64,000 nt of DNA from Dehalococcoidia bacterium (lineage in GTDB: Bacteria > Chloroflexota > Dehalococcoidia > GIF9 > UBA5629). This document shows positions 57,339 to 64,000 of the stretch, in pieces. The stretch is taken from positions 1 through 64,000 of the forward strand of contig JBEKIW010000002.1 in the NCBI GenBank assembly GCA_050011565.1. Direction: 5' to 3'. The number at the start of each line of letters is the position of its first letter. Positions within the stretch are counted from its first letter, which is position 1. The notes under the pieces were generated by a model. That model did not search any database. It had not been told where the DNA came from and saw nothing but the letters and a program-made list of their open reading frames with translations. Position numbers and translations under genes: made by a program.

Positions 57339-58286
57339 TTAGCTCCGCCTGGTCTGTACCAATTTTGAATATGCCGGTGTGCACCAATGAAGATATTTGG
57401 GATTTTTACCCTTTATTACGTCAAAATATAGGCGCTGAAGTTCCTTGGTTATTTTCCCTATTTCACCGTTGCCAACCCGGCGATGGTCAACTTCCAGGAT
57501 AGGGCTTACGTGGGCGGCGGTGCCGCTAAAAAATGCCTCATCAGCAACATAAAGCTCGCTGCGGTCAACCGACCTTTCCACAACCTCCATACCAAGCTCA
57601 TTTCGGGCCAAGTACATAACCGTGTCTCGAGTAATACCCATCAGAATATTATCCGAGCTCGGTGGCGTTACCAGCTTACCCTCCAGGACGAGGAAGATAT
57701 TCTCACCGCTGCCTTCAGAGACATGACCGTCGTGGTTCAATAAAATTGCTTCGTCGAAACCAAGTTCATTGGCTTCGGTCTTGGCCAGGGCACTATTTAC
57801 ATAGATGCCCGTAATCTTACCTCTGGCTGGAATCATAGTATCGTCAACGCGCCTCCAGGAAGAGGTACAGCATCGGACGCCTTTATCAGCATCCAAATAA
57901 GCGGGCAGAGTAGCCACTATGATAAGGAAATCGTCTTCTAAATCATGTAATTTAACTCCGATAGCTTCGGAGCTTTTATAGGCCAGGGGGCGGATATAGA
58001 CATCCTCATGGTAGCCGCTCTTTTCCACCAGTTTAACGGTCAATTCTGCCATTTCGTCAACCGAATAATGTGGATTTATCTTCAAAATGCGACAGCCTTT
58101 GTGCATGCGCCCATAGTGGTCTTTAACGCGGAACAAAAATAATTGCTTTTGCTCCTCATTCCAGTTGCCGCGAATGCCCTCGAAACAAGCGGTACCATAA
58201 TGCAGAGCATGAGTTAGAATTCCGACTTTAGCTTCGGCAAGAGGCATAAATTGCTTTCGGAAATAAGTGTATGGAGGCATCACCAC
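57339..58286 (-). CDS. ilvE: Branched-chain amino acid aminotransferase
   Basis: ALHYG..FEGIR, YIRP, EGSGEN, GITR, GTAA. Confidence 0.95.
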   Translation of the reverse strand: MVMPPYTYFRKQFMPLAEAKVGILTHALHYGTACFEGIRGNWNEEQKQLFLFRVKDHYGRMHKGCRILKINPHYSVDEMAELTVKLVEKSGYHEDVYIRPLAYKSSEAIGVKLHDLEDDFLIIVATLPAYLDADKGVRCCTSSWRRVDDTMIPARGKITGIYVNSALAKTEANELGFDEAILLNHDGHVSEGSGENIFLVLEGKLVTPPSSDNILMGITRDTVMYLARNELGMEVVERSVDRSELYVADEAFFSGTAAHVSPILEVDHRRVGNGEIGKITKELQRLYFDVIKGKNPKYLHWCTPAYSKLVQTRRS

Positions 58287-58358
58287 ACTCCTTTTATCTA
58301 AATTTCATTGCGGAAAAGTTGGACTTAATTATAACTTTGACTCTTGCTAAAGACAAGC

Positions 58359-59582
58359 TTAGCGAGAAAGCGATGGCGTTTCGAGTATGTAATCACCTGC
58401 ACGCCTATCGAATATATCTTTAAGTAGCAACGTGCGTCCGGTTTGAATTGCGGTAAAGCCATATTTGTTGCGTATACGGTCTATAGCCTTATCCAGATGC
58501 CCCTGTCGCTGCGGCTTGGAATCAAGTAGATTGAGCTGTTTGCCATAACTGACTAAGTTTGATACTCCAATGCCAATAAGCCGCACCGGGTTCCTCTTTC
58601 CACTCAGAGCCTTTTCAAGCAATTTAACTGCTCTGTCGAAAATTAATTCATCGGCATCTATTGCCTCTTTGGAACTGAGGCGTCGTGTAATAGTGTCAAA
58701 ATCGGAATACCTCAATTTTAAGGTTATAGTTCTGGCGTGCTTGGTCTCTTGACGCAGCTCAGCGCCGACTCGCTCACAAAGATAACGTAGCATAGCTTGA
58801 ATAAAAACTTTATCGGAGGTATCTTCAGCAAAAGTGGTTTCTCTGCTGATAGATTTGGCCTGGCCGGGTGTTTCTACCTCTCGGTTATCAATGCCATTGG
58901 CATAATGATGAATCATCAATCCGAAACTACCAAAACGATTCTTGATAACCTCAGGTGGCAAAACTGCTAACTGACCAATGGTTTTTATCCCCATCGTCTT
59001 TAAGGATTGCTCTGTTTTTTTACCAACACCGGGTAAGCTGGCAACAGGTAACAGCGTTAAGAAGTCCTTTTCTTGTCCCGCAGCCACTTCAACCAGGCCA
59101 TCCGGCTTACCTGAATCCGAAGCAATCTTAGCCACCACTTTACAACTGGCTATACCTACCGAAGCAATCAGCTTGAGCTCCTTCTTAACACGTTCCTTCA
59201 TGCTGGATGCTAGCTGATATGGGGTACCAAAAATTTCACAGCCGGTAATATCAAGATAAGCTTCATCCAGCCCTGCCGGCTCCAAGCAGGGTGAGAAGTC
59301 AGCCAGAATCCCCATAAACTTTTTTGAAGCGTCGCGATAAGCGGAAAAACTACCTTGAAGGAAAATAGCCTGAGGACAGAGACGATAAGCCTGGGCTAGA
59401 GGCATGCCAGCTTGAATACCAAAAACACGGGCTTCGTAGGAAGCTGAGGCTACCACCCCGCGTCGGTCAGGCCGCCCACCGACAACTACCGGCTTACCAA
59501 CCAGGTCCGGAGCCAGCGCTTGCTCCACAGAGACAAAGAAAGCATCGAGGTCGATATGTAAAATACGGCGATTCACGTCCAA
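58359..59582 (-). CDS. dinB: DNA polymerase IV
   Basis: HIDLDAFF, SYEAR, LDEAYLD, AKIASD..KP. Confidence 0.95.
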   Translation of the reverse strand: MDVNRRILHIDLDAFFVSVEQALAPDLVGKPVVVGGRPDRRGVVASASYEARVFGIQAGMPLAQAYRLCPQAIFLQGSFSAYRDASKKFMGILADFSPCLEPAGLDEAYLDITGCEIFGTPYQLASSMKERVKKELKLIASVGIASCKVVAKIASDSGKPDGLVEVAAGQEKDFLTLLPVASLPGVGKKTEQSLKTMGIKTIGQLAVLPPEVIKNRFGSFGLMIHHYANGIDNREVETPGQAKSISRETTFAEDTSDKVFIQAMLRYLCERVGAELRQETKHARTITLKLRYSDFDTITRRLSSKEAIDADELIFDRAVKLLEKALSGKRNPVRLIGIGVSNLVSYGKQLNLLDSKPQRQGHLDKAIDRIRNKYGFTAIQTGRTLLLKDIFDRRAGDYILETPSLSR

Positions 59583-59631
59583 GGCGATTCTAGATTAGAG
59601 GCAAAAAGCTGACAAGAAGAACTTTAAATTA

Positions 59632-59645
59632 CGAAAATCAGTTCG
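59632..59645. promoter_or_regulatory. Candidate LexA box upstream of dinB
   Basis: CGAAA-ATCA-GTTCG, one mismatch to CGAAC-N4-GTTCG. Confidence 0.45.
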
Positions 59646-59686
59646 AGGCCTAATTCTCACGCTAGCGGGACGTAAATGTTCCGCCT

Positions 59687-60169
59687 TTAAACAAACTTTG
59701 GAAATGGCACTTTCTTGGCGTCCATTCCAAGCTCTTTCAGCCCCTTGTTCCGTAATGTTTCCAGGAGTGACTTCAGTTTTTGGCGCTCGGCCTCAGAAAG
59801 TGAAGATAATATTTTTTGAACAGACTTCCTCTTCAGCGCCTGTTTATAAGCCTGCTGGCCCTTCTCAGTCAAGGTGACCCTTACCCAATTTTTTCTGTGT
59901 AAGTCTTTGGTTCTCTTCACCAGCCCGGCCTTTGCCATTCTATCCAAAATTCCGGAAACTGAATGAGGCCGCCGGAATATCATTCGTGATATCTGAGCCG
60001 GTGTTGCCTTATCTCCGATAGCTTTGATAACAAATAAGACCTCAGCCTGTGTGGCTGGAAGGCCGTATTGACGCAGTTCCTCTTCCCTGGAATTAAATAT
60101 TATGTCACTCACTTGATGCAGCAAAACCCACAAGTTGTAATCTCGGTCTACATCTGAAACTTCTGGCAT
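59687..60169 (-). CDS. MarR family regulator
   Basis: LWVLL..ATPAQISR..RRPHSVSGILDRM..GLV..LTEKG. Confidence 0.9.
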   Translation of the reverse strand: MPEVSDVDRDYNLWVLLHQVSDIIFNSREEELRQYGLPATQAEVLFVIKAIGDKATPAQISRMIFRRPHSVSGILDRMAKAGLVKRTKDLHRKNWVRVTLTEKGQQAYKQALKRKSVQKILSSLSEAERQKLKSLLETLRNKGLKELGMDAKKVPFPKFV

Positions 60170-60391
60170 GACGCTCTCCTTCTTTAAATTTGCAATCTAA
60201 TTACTGATAGGTTCCATCGTCCAATCGGTAAATTAGCTCCGCAGGATGAAAAATCCTATCTGCGAATTGATTCTATCATAATAACGTGGAAAAAAACAAA
60301 AAAACCTTTAGATAGCATTTCCATCGTTCTGTAGTACACCAAGCGGTTAAAATAATAATGCCCCAGTACTAAAGTACCATTTAACAAAGAA

Positions 60392-60601
60392 CTATCCATT
60401 GTCAGTTTTACTTGTCGACTGGGCTCTTGAGACCAGGGTCTTTATTCGGCGCTCCAGGGTACCTCGCTCTAAAAGAACAAGCCTCTGGCATTTAAGGCAT
60501 TTTATCCGTATGTCCACCCCCAATTTCACCACCTGCCATTCATCACCCCCACAAGGATGCTTCTTGCGTAAGCGAACTACATCGCCAACCTCTATATCCA
60601 T
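60392..60601 (-). CDS. DUF951 family protein
   Basis: KKHPCG..W...G.DIRIKC..C. Confidence 0.9.
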   Translation of the reverse strand: MDIEVGDVVRLRKKHPCGGDEWQVVKLGVDIRIKCLKCQRLVLLERGTLERRIKTLVSRAQSTSKTDNG

Positions 60602-60606
60602 ATCGC

Positions 60607-61413
60607 TCAGTGGATAACCCGGCCAACTAACTTGTTAATGTCATCCCGCAGTCCTTGTGCACTTTGCCGGGCGGCTTGAGCAAAGTCTTTTCCTTTTGAA
60701 GCGTAAAGAACCTGTCGAGAGACGGCGATAATCGCTTTTTCTCCCCGAGCGTCAATTCCATTTTTAATCGCCGAGGACAGGTCACCACCCTGAGCCCCAA
60801 TACCCGGTATAAGTAGTGGCATCTCCGGACACAGTTGTCGAATAGCTTTCAACTCATCGGGATAAGTAGCCCCGACTACCAGGCCAATATTGCCACGTGT
60901 ATCCCATTCCCTGGCTTTCCTGGCCACCGCCTCATACAGCGGCGTGCCCTGGGCATCTGCCAGGCTCTGAAAATCTACCGCTCCGGGGTTAGAAGTCCGG
61001 CATAGGATAAAAATACCTTTATCTTCATATTCGAGGAACGGTTGGACCGAATCATAACCCAGGTAAGGATTAATTGTAGCGGCATCAAAGCCAAAGGTTT
61101 TAAAAAAGGCTTTGGCATAGGCTCTAGCCGTGTTGCCGATATCGCCTCGCTTGCCATCGCCTATTACCGGAATGAAATCGGGTATATGCTCAATGGTCTT
61201 CTGCAAAACTTTAAGCCCATCAATGCCTAAAGCTTCGTAAAAGGCAAGGTTTGGCTTATAAGCACATACCAGGTCAGCCGTAGCATCCACGATAGCCTTA
61301 TTGAAATCAAAAAGGCCCGCTTTAGGCATGAGTGTTACATCCGGGTCGAGCCCAATACAAAGCAGACTTTTATTTTGTCTGGCGGCTGACAGTAACTTAT
61401 CAATAAATTTCAT
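60607..61413 (-). CDS. pyrF: Orotidine-5'-phosphate decarboxylase
   Basis: CIGLDP, KPNLAFYE, DGKRGDIGNT, TSNPG, VVGAT, PGIGAQGG. Confidence 0.96.
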   Translation of the reverse strand: MKFIDKLLSAARQNKSLLCIGLDPDVTLMPKAGLFDFNKAIVDATADLVCAYKPNLAFYEALGIDGLKVLQKTIEHIPDFIPVIGDGKRGDIGNTARAYAKAFFKTFGFDAATINPYLGYDSVQPFLEYEDKGIFILCRTSNPGAVDFQSLADAQGTPLYEAVARKAREWDTRGNIGLVVGATYPDELKAIRQLCPEMPLLIPGIGAQGGDLSSAIKNGIDARGEKAIIAVSRQVLYASKGKDFAQAARQSAQGLRDDINKLVGRVIH

Positions 61414-61565
61414 GTCTAACCCGAATTATAACCTAAGAAGACAAAGCTTCCAAGCCATGTGGTAATAGTGCCCATGATACAGGATATCCGCGATCTGCGC
61501 GTCTTAATAAAAACAGTAGACTGCACAGGCTATTCCCTTTCTACCATATCGTAGAATCTTACTTT

Positions 61566-61594
61566 TTGACAGTGTAACAGGAGTCGGGTATGAT
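61566..61594 (+). promoter_or_regulatory. sigma70 promoter upstream of the glutaredoxin-FTR genes
   Basis: TTGACA, 17 bp, TATGAT. Confidence 0.65.
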
Positions 61595-61730
61595 TCTAAG
61601 ATATCGCAATGTTGGGGCATATAATTCTCTAGCTAGTACAAGAATCGTAGACCCTCTTTCCGGCGAGGTTTATAGATAAAACATATTGTTCACTAAATAA
61701 AATTAAGCACAGTAATAAGGAGATAAGAAA

Positions 61731-62012
61731 ATGGCTCTAACACATGTACCTGGCAAGAACACAGGACATCTGGTTTTGTACGCTTTAAGTACCTGCCCCT
61801 GGTGCAAAAAGACAAAGAAATTGCTGGACGACCTCGGTGTAGAATACCATTATGCCGATATCGACCTGCTAACGGGTAGCGAGAAGGATGAGGCCGTAAA
61901 AATAGTAAAGAAATGGAACCCACGTAGTTCGTTCCCCACACTGGTAGTAAACGATAGTCTATGCATAGTCGGTTTTGAGGAAGACAAAATTCGGAAGGCT
62001 TTAAAACTATGA
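61731..62012 (+). CDS. Glutaredoxin/NrdH-like protein
   Basis: STCPWC, SFPT, VGF. Confidence 0.92.
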   Translation: MALTHVPGKNTGHLVLYALSTCPWCKKTKKLLDDLGVEYHYADIDLLTGSEKDEAVKIVKKWNPRSSFPTLVVNDSLCIVGFEEDKIRKALKL

Positions 62013-62521
62013 CGGGAGAGATAGCAGTAACCTCAGACGAAATTGATAAATTATATGAGAGGTTAAAAGCCGAAGCTAAGGCTGGCGACTACCATCTCAA
62101 TCCGGAGGTTACGTTCACCAAGGAACTGGTTAAGGGACTGCTCATTAATCAAAAGAGGTACGGGTACCCTGCTTGCCCCTGCAGGCTGTCGTCAGGAAAA
62201 AGGGAGGATGACCTTGATATTATCTGTCCTTGCGATTATCGAGACCCCGACCTCGGTGACTATGATACATGTTACTGCGGCCTCTATGTTTCGGATGCTG
62301 TGGTAAAAGGTAAAAAACAGATTGGTACCATACCGGAGCGGCGCCCTCCGGTTGCAGAAAGAAAACTGTCAAAACCAAAACCGGAGCCGGGTGCCGTCAT
62401 GTCCTTGCCTCTACCGGTATGGCGATGCAAAGTCTGTGGCTATCTATGTGCCAGAGATGCCCCACCCGAGGTATGCCCCATCTGCAAAGCTACAAAGGAC
62501 CGGTTTGAACGTTTTATGTAG
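62009..62521 (+). CDS. Ferredoxin:thioredoxin reductase catalytic domain fused to a rubredoxin-like domain
   Basis: CPCR, CPC, CYC; C-terminal WRCKVCGY...CPICK. Confidence 0.92.
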   Translation: MTGEIAVTSDEIDKLYERLKAEAKAGDYHLNPEVTFTKELVKGLLINQKRYGYPACPCRLSSGKREDDLDIICPCDYRDPDLGDYDTCYCGLYVSDAVVKGKKQIGTIPERRPPVAERKLSKPKPEPGAVMSLPLPVWRCKVCGYLCARDAPPEVCPICKATKDRFERFM

Positions 62522-62633
62522 CTATATGACTTGTAATTGCTTCCCGACTGAATAGTCAGCCCAACCTCTTAATCAGACTTAGCAAATAATGTCTAATCTG
62601 CCACTAGAAATTATCAGTGTGGTGAATAGTCAA

Positions 62634-63983
62634 ATGAATTACCAGCGGGCCGAAGATTACATTCTTAGTTTCACCGACTACGAGAAAATGCCGGGTATCG
62701 CCTACACATCGGCTAACTATGACTTAAGGCGAATGGAAAAGCTTCTGCAACCGTTAGGGAATCCACATCTAGGGACAAGAACAGTTCATATAGCCGGCAC
62801 CAAGGGCAAAGGTAGCACAGCAGCCATGATTTCCCAAACACTTATCGCTGCCGGCTACAAGACAGGGCTATTTACCTCGCCGCATCTTCATACATTAAGA
62901 GAGCGAATAAGAATTAACGGCGCTATGATTTCCGAGTCTGATTTCGCTGTCCTGGTAACGGAGTTGAAACCAATCGTCGAATCGGTAAACAAGCAGGCTG
63001 CCTTCGGTGAGCTGACCACTTTTGAGATATTGACAGCCGTTGTTTTCACCTATTTCAAAAAGAATCGCGTGGATTTTCAGGTGTTGGAGGTCGGATTGGG
63101 AGGCAGACTGGATGCCACTAATGTGGTCAAACCTGATGTCTGCGTTATTACCTCGCTTAGCCTCGACCATACCGAGATTTTGGGCAACAGTGTCGCTAAG
63201 ATAGCCGCTGAAAAGGCAGGCATTATCAAGGCGGGATGTATTGTAATCAATGCGCCGCAAGTCGATGACGCAGCCCGGGTAATCAAGCAAGTTTGCCGTC
63301 AACAGCGAGCAAAGTTAATTCAAGTCGGACGGGATGTGACCTGGCACAAGACAAGCGGTGACCTGTATGGGCAGACCCTGACAGTTTCCACCAAAAGCGG
63401 ACATTATGACCTGACTATCCCGCTTCTCGGCGACTACCAACTGGAGAATGCAGCCGCGGCGTTAGCCGTCATAGAAGCTCTGGTATACCTTGGGGCCGAT
63501 ATTTCGTTCCAGAACATAGAGAAGGGGTTCAGCCAGGTAAGCTGGCCGGGCAGGCTTCAGATATTAAACCGCAAGCCAACGGTAGTCGTTGACGGAGCTC
63601 ACAATGCCTATTCAATGAGTAAATTGGTAACAGCGATTAAAGAATATTTTGACTACAAAATGTGTTTTGTTATTTTTGGGACTTCGTGTGACAAAGATAT
63701 CTCCGGAATGGCACAAGAACTCCAACCACTCAGCCACCATATCATCATTACCAGTTCTTCTCATCCCAGAGCGGCTCCCATCCAATTACTAGCCGAAAAG
63801 TTTAATACTTTGGGCGTTAAAGCGATGGTGGCGGGAAATGTAACGGAGGCACTATCCAAGGCTCTAGCTTTAGCCAAAAAGACCGACCTGATTCTGATTA
63901 CCGGTTCGCTCTTCGTCGTGGCCGAGGCAATTGATTACATTACGAAGGCAAGAGCACCGATGGCGTTCGATGGTACTAAGTAG
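62634..63983 (+). CDS. folC: Folylpolyglutamate synthase/dihydrofolate synthase
   Basis: HIAGTKGKGS, TSPHL, EVGLGGRLDATN, WPGR, DGAHN, TGSL; start MNYQ assumed. Confidence 0.96.
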   Translation: MNYQRAEDYILSFTDYEKMPGIAYTSANYDLRRMEKLLQPLGNPHLGTRTVHIAGTKGKGSTAAMISQTLIAAGYKTGLFTSPHLHTLRERIRINGAMISESDFAVLVTELKPIVESVNKQAAFGELTTFEILTAVVFTYFKKNRVDFQVLEVGLGGRLDATNVVKPDVCVITSLSLDHTEILGNSVAKIAAEKAGIIKAGCIVINAPQVDDAARVIKQVCRQQRAKLIQVGRDVTWHKTSGDLYGQTLTVSTKSGHYDLTIPLLGDYQLENAAAALAVIEALVYLGADISFQNIEKGFSQVSWPGRLQILNRKPTVVVDGAHNAYSMSKLVTAIKEYFDYKMCFVIFGTSCDKDISGMAQELQPLSHHIIITSSSHPRAAPIQLLAEKFNTLGVKAMVAGNVTEALSKALALAKKTDLILITGSLFVVAEAIDYITKARAPMAFDGTK

Positions 63984-64000
63984 AGGGCGTAACCGCCTCT

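Noticed and set aside
60170-60391. Repeated TTCCATCGT and a small hairpin upstream of marR
   Set aside because: Plausible ordinary autoregulatory sites, too weak to call
25441-62521. Selenocysteine read-through in the Cys-rich proteins
   Set aside because: The motifs checked use Cys codons; stops are TAG/TAA or a TGA with no plausible continuation

Overview
64 kb of bacterial chromosome, about 50% GC by eye. The gene families suggest an anaerobic Chloroflexota of class Dehalococcoidia (inference: Dehalococcoidia-style MarR proteins, PAC2, CARDB/PKD lipoproteins, methanogen-like sulfur modules). Most of it is housekeeping: pheA, mtaB, recJ, lgt, ftsY, hisS, nadA, rel, rpsT, lexA, ilvE, dinB, pyrF, folC, tRNA-His and tRNA-Arg(UCG). 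Accessory blocks are two back-to-back MarR/ABC-2 efflux cassettes, an APC-USP-TrkA-TrkA operon, a GerW/YtfJ triad, an archaeal-type sulfide-assimilation operon (thi4-DUF39-NIL/Fd-UPF0280), a kdp operon whose kdpD is frameshifted and lacks the kinase, and a ~10 kb thiol/sulfur cluster (Rrf2-cysK-transsulfuration enzyme; a Cys-rich ABC operon; thrC-like-NIL-nifS-AIRS). The best candidates for something new are: (1) a MacB-type ABC transporter + DUF2318 + lipoprotein with a triple Cys-Cys tail, whose terminal CCGR recurs on an unlinked Ig-repeat lipoprotein paired with a MauE/DoxX protein; (2) an unannotated 32-aa hydrophobic peptide with its own promoter, RBS and terminator; (3) other small ORFs missed by the ORF track and a structured ~160-nt leader. 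No CRISPR array, rRNA, integrase or transposase was seen. All family assignments come from motif recognition, not database searches.
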